A DNA stretch of 32,000 bases from Halogeometricum borinquense DSM 11551 (GTDB lineage Archaea > Halobacteriota > Halobacteria > Halobacteriales > Haloferacaceae): the NCBI RefSeq assembly GCF_000172995.2, contig NC_014729.1:1-32000 (forward strand), given 5' to 3'. A model generated the notes under the pieces. The model did not search any database. It saw only the letters and a program-made list of their open reading frames with translations, and had not been told where the DNA came from. Positions 9,153 through 18,103 of the stretch are shown here, one piece after another; position 1 is the stretch's first letter; every line of letters begins with the position of its first letter. The translations under genes were made by a program, and so were the position numbers.

Positions 9153-10436
9153 ATGAGCGATTATCCCCCAATCAGCGAGCATCTCGACGATGTCGAGTCC
9201 GCTCGTGAAGCGGGCCGCCGCAAGATGGACTGGGCGCTGCAGCACATGCCCATCCTGAACGAACTGCGCGATCAGTTCGAGGCCGAGAAACCCCTCGACG
9301 GCGAGGTCATCGGCATGGCGATGCACGTCGAGGCCAAGACGGCCAATTTGGTCGAACTGCTGGCCCTCGGCGGTGCCGAGGTAGCTATCACCGGGTGCAA
9401 CCCGCTCTCGACGCACGACGACGTGAGCGCCGCGCTCGACGCCAACGACAACATTACCTCGTACGCGGTCCGCGGTGTGGGCGACGACGAGTACTACGAG
9501 GCCATCGAGTCGGTCATCTCGCACGAACCCACCATCACGGTTGACGACGGGATGGACATGGTGTTCGCAATCCACGAAGAGTACCCCGAACTCATCGACA
9601 CCATCGTCGGCGGCGCAGAAGAGACGACGACGGGCGTCCACCGTCTCCGCGCGATGGACGACGACGGCGAACTCAAATACCCCGTCTTCGCCGTCAACGA
9701 CACGCCGATGAAACGGCTGTTCGACAACATCCACGGCACGGGCGAGTCTTCCCTCGCTAACATCGCCATGACGACGAACGTCTCTTTCGCCTCGAAGAAC
9801 GTCGTCGTCGCGGGCTACGGCTACTGTGGGAAGGGCGTCGCAAAGAAGGCGGCCGGACAGAACGCCAACGTCATCGTCGCCGAAGTCGAACCCCGCCGCG
9901 CGCTCGAAGCGCACATGGAGGGCTACGACGTGATGCCGATGAACGAAGCCGCGAAGGTCGGCGACATCTTCGTGACGACGACGGGCAACCGAGACATCAT
10001 CACCGAAGAAGACTTCGAGGTGATGAAAGACGGCGCAATTCTCTCGAACGCCGGTCACTTCGACATCGAAATCGACCTCGACGCGCTCTCGGATCTCGCC
10101 GTAGACGAGTACGAGGCACGCGACGGCGTGCAGGCCTACGAGATGGAAGACGGCCGCCGTCTGAACGTCCTCGCAGAGGGTCGCCTCGTCAACCTCGCCT
10201 CACCAATCGCACTCGGGCACCCCATCGAAGTGATGGACCAGTCGTTCGGCGTGCAGGCAGTCTGCGTCCGTGAACTCGTCGAGAACGGCGACGACTACGA
10301 CGCCGGAGTCCACGACGTACCCGACGAATTAGACAAAGAAGTTGCCGAAATCAAACTCGACGCCGAAGGCGTCGAAATCGACACCCTGACCGACGAACAG
10401 CGCGAGTACATGGGTAGCTGGAGCCACGGAACGTAA
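9153..10436 (+). CDS. ahcY: Adenosylhomocysteinase (SAH or S-inosylhomocysteine hydrolase)
   Basis: 427 aa from ATG 9153. GRRKMDWA...MPIL, HVEAKTANL, ETTTGVHRL and the NAD-binding VAGYGYCGKGVA are hallmarks of SAHH. Confidence 0.95.
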   Translation: MSDYPPISEHLDDVESAREAGRRKMDWALQHMPILNELRDQFEAEKPLDGEVIGMAMHVEAKTANLVELLALGGAEVAITGCNPLSTHDDVSAALDANDNITSYAVRGVGDDEYYEAIESVISHEPTITVDDGMDMVFAIHEEYPELIDTIVGGAEETTTGVHRLRAMDDDGELKYPVFAVNDTPMKRLFDNIHGTGESSLANIAMTTNVSFASKNVVVAGYGYCGKGVAKKAAGQNANVIVAEVEPRRALEAHMEGYDVMPMNEAAKVGDIFVTTTGNRDIITEEDFEVMKDGAILSNAGHFDIEIDLDALSDLAVDEYEARDGVQAYEMEDGRRLNVLAEGRLVNLASPIALGHPIEVMDQSFGVQAVCVRELVENGDDYDAGVHDVPDELDKEVAEIKLDAEGVEIDTLTDEQREYMGSWSHGT

Positions 10437-10463
10437 GCGGCCGCCAGAATCCACGCGAGCTAC

Positions 10464-10625
10464 TTATTCGATTTCTTCGAACGAGTCAAAAACGTCCCAG
10501 CAGTCGCAGTCGAGGTCATCTAGCGATTGGACTTCGTCCGGCAGGCTAGATATCGGCATCCCGCTCCCGACGGCATCACACTCACTCGTGTGTACCGTAA
10601 AGTCGCTGCTCGACATCGTGTACAT
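10464..10625 (-). CDS. Candidate 53-aa acidic Cys-containing micro-protein
   Basis: My own translation, below the ORF-track cutoff: MYTMSSSDFTVHTSECDAVGSGMPISSLPDEVQSLDDLDCDCWDVFDSFEEIE. Acidic composition and GC-rich third positions fit a haloarchaeal coding region. No family recognised. Confidence 0.3.
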   Translation of the reverse strand: MYTMSSSDFTVHTSECDAVGSGMPISSLPDEVQSLDDLDCDCWDVFDSFEEIE

Positions 10626-10880
10626 ATAGCACACATCAGAATCCCAATACCAAAAAGCTCACTCTCTCAACCGTGTCTTTCAGTGTGTCTTCAGCGCCCG
10701 ATTTGGGGACGCTCCGGCGTTCTAACGCTGTCTGTCTATTCAGGCCGCGCGGCATCGAGCGGGCGAGGACGCTGGCGACGACTCGGCCGACGAACCAATC
10801 AATGAAAAACCAGATCTCTCCGGGCCATCCTCCGACTCCGCTTCGGCCAATTTAAGAGCGGCCACGGCCGAGAATCGGCT

Positions 10881-11336
10881 ATGTCTTCGAACCGAAAGGG
10901 CGACCGCAGGGAACGCGAACTCGTCAACAAACTTGACGACGCCGGGTTCGCGGTCATGCGCGCCCCGGCGTCCGGAAGCGCGACGGAACGCGAACTGCCG
11001 GACGTACTCGCGGGTAACGGCGAGATGTTCTACGCCATCGAGGCGAAGGCGAGTTCCGGCCGACCCATCTATCTCCAAGGCGAAGAAGTCGAGGCGCTCA
11101 TCTACTTCGCGCAGAACTTCGGTGCGAAATCGCGCATCGCTGTCCGGTTCGACCGGGAAGACTGGTATTTCTTCCACCCCGGCGACCTCTACGTGACCGA
11201 CGGCGGAAACTACCGCGTCAAAAAGGAAACGGCGCTTGCGGAGGGCGAACCGTTCGACTCGTTCGTCGGCGGTCCCGCACAGAGTCGGTTGACGGATGTC
11301 GCGGACGAAACAGACGAAGCCGCAGACGACGCCTGA
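10881..11336 (+). CDS. hjc: Holliday junction resolvase Hjc
   Basis: 151 aa. [26 protein letters not shown]....PDVLAG......AIEAKAS is the archaeal Hjc nuclease fold signature (E..PD..E-x-K). Confidence 0.9.
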   Translation: MSSNRKGDRRERELVNKLDDAGFAVMRAPASGSATERELPDVLAGNGEMFYAIEAKASSGRPIYLQGEEVEALIYFAQNFGAKSRIAVRFDREDWYFFHPGDLYVTDGGNYRVKKETALAEGEPFDSFVGGPAQSRLTDVADETDEAADDA

Positions 11337-11426
11337 AGCGGGATAAGAAACCACTGTTACCCACGAGGGGCCATAGACACCGTACCCCACAGATTCATCT
11401 TATCGCAGTGATAAACGGGGATTCGA

Positions 11427-11615
11427 ATGGTACACTGTCCTGAATGTCAGTCCACCCTATCCTCCAGCGAAGATATCGCGTTTGAGGAGACCGAGGCGAG
11501 AACCGGCTTCGTCAGAGCATCCAAGCGGTTCTACACAGCAAACTGTGCGTCGTGCGGCATGACGATTGGGAGCGGCGTTGCAGGTGCGAAAGCAAACGGC
11601 GGAGGTGCCACCTAA
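11427..11615 (+). CDS. Small zinc-ribbon protein (CPxC...CxxCG), tandem paralogue 1
   Basis: 62 aa: MVHCPECQ...SKRFYTANCASCGMTIGSGVAGA. Four Cys in two knuckles. Confidence 0.6.
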   Translation: MVHCPECQSTLSSSEDIAFEETEARTGFVRASKRFYTANCASCGMTIGSGVAGAKANGGGAT

Positions 11616-11617
11616 CG

Positions 11618-11785
11618 ATGGTTCACTGCCCCGAATGCGAGACGGAGTTAGCCGGACAGGGTGACGTCGAATTCGTCGATTTAGGCGCTGAAACTGGATT
11701 TTTCAAAGCCTCGAAACGGTTCTACATCGTCGGCTGTAACGAGTGTGGTGCCGCAATCGGTAGCGGCGTTGCTGGCGCGCGGTAA
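11618..11785 (+). CDS. Small zinc-ribbon protein (CPxC...CxxCG), tandem paralogue 2
   Basis: 55 aa from ATG 11618, 2 nt after the preceding TAA. MVHCPECE...SKRFYIVGCNECGAAIGSGVAGAR is clearly paralogous to the preceding ORF. Confidence 0.6.
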   Translation: MVHCPECETELAGQGDVEFVDLGAETGFFKASKRFYIVGCNECGAAIGSGVAGAR

Positions 11786-11866
11786 ATCGGACGACAGCCA
11801 ACCCCCTTCTTACGAGACTCGACAGTCACGTCTGACCCCTTCGTTTCCACTGTACGCTGACGTCCG

Positions 11867-12475
11867 TCAGACGGGTGATGACTGCATCAACTCGCTTCGA
11901 GTCGAATCCGTGGCACCGCGCACCGCCTCGGAGTCAGCGAAGTCGAGTTCTACCGGACGGAGGCGTGAGGCTGGGAAGCGATACCGCGTTCGGTTAGCGA
12001 GGTCGGCAACACCGCCCGAAAGGGGTACCGAATCCACGTAGACGGCCTCAAAGACGGGTTCGTGCCGTCCGTAGTTGGCATTCGTCTCGTAGTCGGAGAC
12101 AAGTATTCCCTGCTCGGTCACCGACTCGTCGGCGCGCTCACCGGTCGCACGAACGACGACGAGAAGGCTCTGTGTCTCCCTGTCGCGCACTAGGTCGCCG
12201 GGTGCGTGGTCGTGTCGTTCACAGAGAGACGGAGCGTGGTCGAACATCGGGACAAACGTCCGGCGACCGCAGACGGCGCATGCGCTGGTGCGTTCGCCCG
12301 GAGCGGGAACGAGGCGTGCAGTAATCTCAATGGCGACGCGTCGGAGATGCTTGCACCGCACGTGCCTGATGCTGCTATCCGGGCAGGTGCAGGTTCCGGC
12401 CTCCACATCGGCGACGTAAGTCCCACCCTCCGTCTCGACAACGTAGCGCCCGTCTCTGAGCGGCCGGACGGCCAT
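11867..12475 (-). CDS. SWIM zinc-finger domain protein
   Basis: CxC..C.H signature (GTCTCPDSSIRHVRCKHL). Start proposed at ATG 12475 (MAVRPLRDGRYVV), giving 202 aa. The ORF-track extension to 12601 is basic and atypical. Confidence 0.7.
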   Translation of the reverse strand: MAVRPLRDGRYVVETEGGTYVADVEAGTCTCPDSSIRHVRCKHLRRVAIEITARLVPAPGERTSACAVCGRRTFVPMFDHAPSLCERHDHAPGDLVRDRETQSLLVVVRATGERADESVTEQGILVSDYETNANYGRHEPVFEAVYVDSVPLSGGVADLANRTRYRFPASRLRPVELDFADSEAVRGATDSTRSELMQSSPV

Positions 12476-12950
12476 CGGTTCCTCGCGGGCGCGGCGGGTG
12501 CGGCCTGCGTATCCCGCCGCGGGGAACGTCGTCTTCTCCCGGATTGACCGAGCGACGACAGAACGATCTTTCGACGCGGGTGTGTTTCGAGTGTGCGTCA
12601 TGGGTTATTCTGACTGAGAGCAACTGCTCTCTCGATACTATATGATATGCACCCATCGAACCTAAACCCTCGTTTCAGTTGGAACTGCTCGAACAGTCCC
12701 TGACGAGAGTAGCCACTCGATTGGATCTCGCGCGTTCGTTCTGGTGCGCGTACATTTCTATCCAGACGCCAATAGAATGTTTTTCTGACATTATTGTCGT
12801 AGAGAGCCAGATTAGACAAAAACCGCATTGAACGGAGGTAGAATACCTCTCAATGCCGTATAATATCCGAGTTAAACGGGCTTAATTTCGCATAAGGCGG
12901 ATTGTCCAACTCTCGGATACATACGAGCCGAAGAGTGTGTGGCAATCGTG

Positions 12951-13880
12951 ATGCGTCGAAACGCGACCATACTGATGACCGCCATGCTGCTCGTCGCAGC
13001 ACTGGCTACCGTGCCGATGGCGAGTGTCGCCCAATCGGAGGGCGGAACGACTGCGACCGAGACGCCGATGGCTGGATCAGATTCGACCAGCAACGAGAGT
13101 ACCCAATCCGGAGAACTGTTGAGCGGCGTTCTCGCCGTTCAGGATGCCGAAATCGCGCGCGAAGTCGAGACCCGAACGTTCGGGATTCGAGTCGCACAGG
13201 CGGCGACAGACGAGGCGAAAGCCGACGTCGTTGCCGAGCGGCTCAACTCGAACGAAGCGCGGCTTGCCGAACTCGAACAACGCAAAGCACGACTTGAGGC
13301 TGCGCGCGAGAACGGCTCGATAAGTAAAGGCGAGTACAACACGAGGATGGCCAGAGTCGCCGCCGAAACGGAGACAGTCAAAGAGCTAACCAACCGCTCT
13401 GCAACCGCCTCGGAAAGGCTTCCGAACGAGTTGCTGGAACAGCGAGGAGTCAACACCACGGCCATTCGGACCCTCGCGACGCGGGCTGAAGACCTGACTG
13501 GTCCAGAAGTCTCCGAAATCGCCCGTCAGATTGCGGGATCGGCCACCACCCGCGGAAACGCCACGGCGCACCGCGGTCCGTTCGAGGAGGTTCCCCCACG
13601 CGGCAACCACACCGAGAATGGTAACGGGCAAGCCAACGCTCACGGACAGCGTGAAACGCTGGAAAACGCCACTACGGAGAACGCCAGCAGCACGATTCCC
13701 GACAATGAGACGGCGACCGACACGCCGCTGTCGGGGTCTGAACAGGGAGCATCCGAGCGAGATAGCGACGACTCCACCAACGCGGGAAAAACCGATTCCA
13801 GCAGCAAAAGCGGCGCTGACGCGCGTGGGTCAGACGCTCTGTCTGTTTCGAGAAGCGGACTCCTCGTTCGAATCGAATGA
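12951..13880 (+). CDS. Secreted protein with a helical (coiled-coil-like) domain and an acidic low-complexity tail
   Basis: MRRNATILMTAMLLVAALATVPMASVAQS signal peptide, a heptad-like region (AERLNSNEARLAELEQRKARLEAAREN) and many N-x-S/T sequons. Stop overlaps the next start (ATGA at 13877-13880). Confidence 0.7.
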   Translation: MRRNATILMTAMLLVAALATVPMASVAQSEGGTTATETPMAGSDSTSNESTQSGELLSGVLAVQDAEIAREVETRTFGIRVAQAATDEAKADVVAERLNSNEARLAELEQRKARLEAARENGSISKGEYNTRMARVAAETETVKELTNRSATASERLPNELLEQRGVNTTAIRTLATRAEDLTGPEVSEIARQIAGSATTRGNATAHRGPFEEVPPRGNHTENGNGQANAHGQRETLENATTENASSTIPDNETATDTPLSGSEQGASERDSDDSTNAGKTDSSSKSGADARGSDALSVSRSGLLVRIE

Positions 13881-14590
13881 TGAACGAGGTGACGCGGTTC
13901 CTGTCGCTGTTGCTGGTCGGCGCAGTCGTACTTGCCGTCGGCACAGCATCGACTGCCGCGGCGGCGGAGCCAACTGAACCCGGACTCATCGTCGAACTGC
14001 ACGAGGACGGCTCAGCCACAGTGACGCTCCGAACGACCTACGACTTAGCGAGTGACGAGGAGGCGCGAGCGTTCACCGACCTGCGCGAGGACGACGACGC
14101 TCGTGAGAAACTCGTCGAAAAGTACAAAGACAGGATGTCTCGGGTCGCCGCAACGGCCGCAACAGAGACCGGTCGAACGATGCAGGTCACCAACGAACGT
14201 ATCGAACTCTCGACCAGCGGCGACGTGGGTGTCGTGGCGCTCTCAGTCCAGTGGGAGGGTCTCGCAGCGACAGATACCGGACGACTCGTCGTCACTCGCC
14301 CGTTCGCTGGCGACTTCGAAAGTGACCACTCACTCACACTCGTCGGACCACACGGCTACGACGTAACTGCGACCAATCCTTCGCCCGACAGCCAGACCGA
14401 GAATCGACTCACGTGGCAGTCGGGAACCGAACTGAACGAGTTCGAGGTGACGTTCGCCTCGTCTGACGCTGCCGAGAGCGAGGCGTCTGGAGACAGCACT
14501 GACACGGGAACGAACACTCCCGGATTCGGTATCGTCATCGCAAGCGTCGCCCTGCTTGGCGCTGCACTGTTGGCTCGACTCCGGGAGTGA
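13877..14590 (+). CDS. PGF-CTERM-anchored secreted protein
   Basis: 237 aa with an N-terminal signal peptide and a C-terminal Thr/Ser-rich linker. This is followed by PGFGIVIASVALLGAALLARLRE, the PGF-CTERM archaeosortase sorting signal. Confidence 0.8.
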   Translation: MMNEVTRFLSLLLVGAVVLAVGTASTAAAAEPTEPGLIVELHEDGSATVTLRTTYDLASDEEARAFTDLREDDDAREKLVEKYKDRMSRVAATAATETGRTMQVTNERIELSTSGDVGVVALSVQWEGLAATDTGRLVVTRPFAGDFESDHSLTLVGPHGYDVTATNPSPDSQTENRLTWQSGTELNEFEVTFASSDAAESEASGDSTDTGTNTPGFGIVIASVALLGAALLARLRE

Positions 14591-14729
14591 GTTCGCTCCC
14601 ACCAACGACCGATTCCAGATCGGACACTAAGACGATTAAAATCGGTATTTAGCACGCTCAATCCGGGTATATTCGGATTAACGGCCACCTCGATTAATAT
14701 CCCGAGCCTACCTTGGGGTGCTTGCAGAC

Positions 14730-14987
14730 ATGAACCGATCACTCATCGCGCCACTGCTCGTCGCGTTCCTCCTTGCAACGCTCGCGGTTGCACCCGCGGC
14801 GGCAGTCGGACCAGACAAGGACGTAGACGAGTGTCAAAACGCAAGTAACGGTCCCGCTGGCGACGCCGGCCCGCCGGCGTTCGTGAGTGGACTGGTGAAT
14901 AACGCCGTCGGATCCCTCAGTGACCTGTTCGCGTCGCTCCCGGTCCCGAACTTCGTGAAAGGGTTCTTCGGCGCATCGGCGTGTTAA
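14730..14987 (+). CDS. Small secreted protein, unknown function
   Basis: 85 aa from ATG 14730. Signal peptide MNRSLIAPLLVAFLLATLAVAPAAAV; two Cys in the mature part, one at the C-terminus. Confidence 0.55.
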   Translation: MNRSLIAPLLVAFLLATLAVAPAAAVGPDKDVDECQNASNGPAGDAGPPAFVSGLVNNAVGSLSDLFASLPVPNFVKGFFGASAC

Positions 14988-15105
14988 CACCCGTAACGTA
15001 GACAACTCGACACTCACGCAGCACAGTCATCGCGGAGACGGGACCCCAGCCACTGACGGCCGAAACTTCGAAGCGCTTTTAGAATGGCCGCGGGAAGGCG
15101 GGAGC

Positions 15106-15303
15106 ATGGCTCTCGAAGCGGAGATGCGTCGGAAGATACTCGTCTCCGTCGTCGCAGTCGGCTTCTTCATCTCACTCATTGTAGGGGTCGGTGTGACGTA
15201 CAACAACAGCGGACTCGGCGGAACCGGCGGGCTCATCCTCGTCGGAACCATTGCACTGTTCATCCTGGCCATGGGCGTCATCGGCGTCTTCCTCAACCGG
15301 TAG
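15106..15303 (+). CDS. Small two-helix membrane protein
   Basis: 65-aa ORF with two hydrophobic helices. TTTTAGAA about 25 nt upstream of the ATG. Confidence 0.5.
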   Translation: MALEAEMRRKILVSVVAVGFFISLIVGVGVTYNNSGLGGTGGLILVGTIALFILAMGVIGVFLNR

Positions 15304-15356
15304 ACTGGCCGAGCGTCTATTGCCACTCGAAATAACTGTCTCGAACGCTTCTACCG

Positions 15357-16484
15357 TCACTCATCGTCGGTGACGGTTTCGCGCCAGTCCCGTACGTCGC
15401 CAGCGTCGCGGACGGCACTCGTGTAGTACGAAAGCGGATGCGAAATCGTCTCGCACCGTTCATCCTTGTTCACGCAGTCGCCGTACGACTGCATGCTCGC
15501 ACACGAAGGCGGCGCAAACTGTGAACCACCAGCGTCAGTGAGGTATTCCACGCGCGTCGCAATTCGGCTCGCTGTTTCGTCCGTAACGTCGAGCAGCGTC
15601 GTCACTTCTGTCGCGTCCATGCCGAGCGCGACCAAGAAGGAAACGAGTGAAAACTCGCTGTGCGCCGGAAGCGACTCGCCTTCCCGTGCCCGCTGAACGA
15701 GTGCTTTCATGCACGGCGGGAACAGAGCCGGGACGACTGCTTCGACATCCGTTCGGCCGGCGGCGTCGTGGTCGTTCAACAGATCACGAATCGACGCTAC
15801 CTCGTCTTCGAGTGCATCGGCGATTTCGTCGCCCGCCGAACTCCCGCGAACCTCGAACGGGAGGCCGTCTGCGACGCGCCGGTGAACGGCCTCTTCTAAC
15901 AGGCGGTGGAGTTCGTCGGTCGTCACGCGCACCGCACCTGTAGCGAGTTCGCGGTTGACGAGACGCCACCGCTCACCCCAATCAGCCGTCGAAAGCGTCA
16001 GATACGCGCCGACATCGATCCAGTACTGTGTCGGGTCGCGTCCGCTTCGTCGGCGGCTATCGGGGGTGGAACGTTCCGGTCGAACGTCGGCCGCAAGTTC
16101 GAATTCACGGAGGACATCCTCCAGTGAAACCGTCCGGGTGGTCGTACTCTGGAGACCATCGTCATCGGTCTCGAAGTCGGCGCGGAAGCGGTCGTGTGCC
16201 GTTGTCGCCTCCGCCGCCGCGTATTTGTCCACCGCGGCGGGCGTATCCACCAGCGAAACCAAAATCCGGGCGATGGGATACGAGAGTAGTTCCTCACGGT
16301 CGCTCCAGCGATGAGGTTCTTCGGCGGCGACAGTGCCCTCCATCAGGGCGCGCTCGACCCGCTCTAGGCCACGCTCGACGGCAGGAGCGTCCTCGGCGAT
16401 GAGGGCTGCCGGTGAAATATCCGCATCACCGACGGCAGCGCGTGCGCCGTCGAAGAACGGGTACCGAGCGTAGTGCGGGTCCAT
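15357..16484 (-). CDS. priL: DNA primase large (regulatory) subunit PriL
   Basis: 375 aa. N-terminal YPFF... start and a C-terminal domain with four Cys (PPCM, PSCAS, GDCVN, ERCET) fit the PriL 4Fe-4S domain. Confidence 0.9.
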   Translation of the reverse strand: MDPHYARYPFFDGARAAVGDADISPAALIAEDAPAVERGLERVERALMEGTVAAEEPHRWSDREELLSYPIARILVSLVDTPAAVDKYAAAEATTAHDRFRADFETDDDGLQSTTTRTVSLEDVLREFELAADVRPERSTPDSRRRSGRDPTQYWIDVGAYLTLSTADWGERWRLVNRELATGAVRVTTDELHRLLEEAVHRRVADGLPFEVRGSSAGDEIADALEDEVASIRDLLNDHDAAGRTDVEAVVPALFPPCMKALVQRAREGESLPAHSEFSLVSFLVALGMDATEVTTLLDVTDETASRIATRVEYLTDAGGSQFAPPSCASMQSYGDCVNKDERCETISHPLSYYTSAVRDAGDVRDWRETVTDDE

Positions 16485-16597
16485 CGGTCGAATCGTCGTA
16501 ACCAGTGATACCGAATAAACACGGCGATTATCGGAAGTCGTCGGAGATCAGTCACGGTGTGGCCGGACGCGACGAGAGAACCCTTGTTCGCCACCTT

Positions 16598-16652
16598 AGC
16601 GCTCGTCATCTCAACGCCCGATCAACTCCCGAACTCAGCGCTCGTCATCTCA
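16598..16652. repeat. Perfect 16-bp direct repeat AGCGCTCGTCATCTCA (x2) in the priL-divergent intergenic region
   Basis: Copies at 16598-16613 and 16637-16652, followed by a partial third GCGCTCGA at 16653-16660. Confidence 0.5.
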
Positions 16653-16664
16653 GCGCTCGACACC

Positions 16665-17288
16665 GTGTCACCTAAGACGGCCCCCATCCTCCCTCACCAC
16701 GTGCCGCAGTTCGACTACCCGTGTCCTGACTGCCGGGCTACTAACAGCCTCCACGATGCGGACTGCCGTTTCGAGGGGACGACGTGGCCCGTCGTCGAGA
16801 AAGCCTACGTGGATTTGGTCGTCCAACTCACGACCGGTCCCGTAGACGAAGACGACCTGCAGGAGTCGGTTCACGGCGACTGGGACAACCTCCATCGCGC
16901 CGCACTCGACCGGCTAAAACGCGACGGCCGGGTGTCCGAAGCGAACGGGACACTCCGCCTCCTCACAGCCGAAGAGTTCCGCGAAGAGGTATCCGAACCG
17001 ACCAGAGAGCCGATGAAGACCATCTACCGCCATGGAAGCGTGCCGGGATGTCACGATAACGCCGTCTTCGCGATGGTCGCATGGTACGAGATGGTCGGTC
17101 TCTCGTGGTCGGAGACGAGAGAAAAAGTCATCTCGTGGCTCGAAGAAAGCGGCGCGTGGTCTCGCGGTGGGTTCGAGGAGGCCACGCCCGCCCAACTAGT
17201 CGATAGCAAACGCCACGTCTACGAAGCGGGCTACGGGTGGAAGGAGAAAGCGCAATCGGCAAAGCGCGTTATCGACCGACACCGCTGA
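16665..17288 (+). CDS. Zinc-knuckle protein with PriCT-like C-terminal domain, unknown function
   Basis: ORF open from 16557 with no ATG before residue ~150; GTG 16665 is the proposed start. CPDC..H...C knuckle, a wHTH-like middle (LDRLKRDGRVSE), and a C-terminal HDNAVFAMVAWYEMVGLSWSETREKVISWLEE that resembles primase C-terminal (PriCT) helices. Confidence 0.6.
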   Translation: MSPKTAPILPHHVPQFDYPCPDCRATNSLHDADCRFEGTTWPVVEKAYVDLVVQLTTGPVDEDDLQESVHGDWDNLHRAALDRLKRDGRVSEANGTLRLLTAEEFREEVSEPTREPMKTIYRHGSVPGCHDNAVFAMVAWYEMVGLSWSETREKVISWLEESGAWSRGGFEEATPAQLVDSKRHVYEAGYGWKEKAQSAKRVIDRHR

Positions 17289-17389
17289 CGGCAGGCATCT
17301 TCGACGACAATCGGCGGTGATCTATCCCGCCGCAACGACGGCTACTGTACCGTTCCAGTAGACGGTCGTCTTCCTTGCCGTGTTCCTCC

Positions 17390-17983
17390 TCACTCACCGA
17401 TGATTGGTTGGGGGACGATACGACCCGTTGCCGTAGCGACGGCCCACCAGAGCGCGGCAAACTGAGCGATGACAACGGTGAGGAGGAGAACCGCTCCCGC
17501 ACCCGTTCCGACGCCGGTGACGGCGGTGATGACGGCACCGAAACCAACAACCGCGAATCCGATAGGGGGGCCGATCCTCCGGTCAGTACTGTCACGGAGT
17601 GTAACACCCACACTACAGCAGAGGACGACACCGAACGTCACGAGCGCCTGTCGTAACCAGCGTAACACTGTCGAGGGGGGCTCTCGGACAGTTCGGACGA
17701 CGTATTGTTCGTCGCCGTCGGTCACGACGGACCGTCCCGGTTCGAACGCCGGGTCAGTGGTCTGTTTGACGACGACACCGTCGGTCGAACGCGCCGAATC
17801 GAACGTGTTCTGCGCCGACTGGGGGAGGGTAGAATACACTACGGGCGACGTCTCTACGTCCTCATCCACGGACTGTATCGTATATCGGTAGGAGGACATC
17901 GTGGCATGTGGGAGGATGTAGAGGGGGGAGGCAACGAGGAGGATCCCGATGAGGAGGGTAAACGCGAGGACGAACCGATCCAT
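17390..17983 (-). CDS. Membrane protein with extracytoplasmic middle domain, unknown function
   Basis: 197 aa with an N-terminal TM helix, a ~90-aa soluble region and three C-terminal hydrophobic helices. Confidence 0.6.
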   Translation of the reverse strand: MDRFVLAFTLLIGILLVASPLYILPHATMSSYRYTIQSVDEDVETSPVVYSTLPQSAQNTFDSARSTDGVVVKQTTDPAFEPGRSVVTDGDEQYVVRTVREPPSTVLRWLRQALVTFGVVLCCSVGVTLRDSTDRRIGPPIGFAVVGFGAVITAVTGVGTGAGAVLLLTVVIAQFAALWWAVATATGRIVPQPIIGE

Positions 17984-18103
17984 ACCAGATCATGTTTTTC
18001 TATTGCCATGAGCGTTCTGGGTGAATGACATACCGCTACTCGTCGGGGACTGAGTAACAAAGAGAGAACCGGGGACCGAGAGACGGAACCGACGCGTCGG
18101 CCG

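Noticed and set aside
12598-12828. 76-aa minus-strand ORF in the AT-rich spacer between the SWIM gene and the secreted-protein cluster.
   Set aside because: Basic, AT-rich and without motifs. The region looks like a divergent promoter spacer and contains the hairpin GAGAGC-AACT-GCTCTC at 12616-12631.
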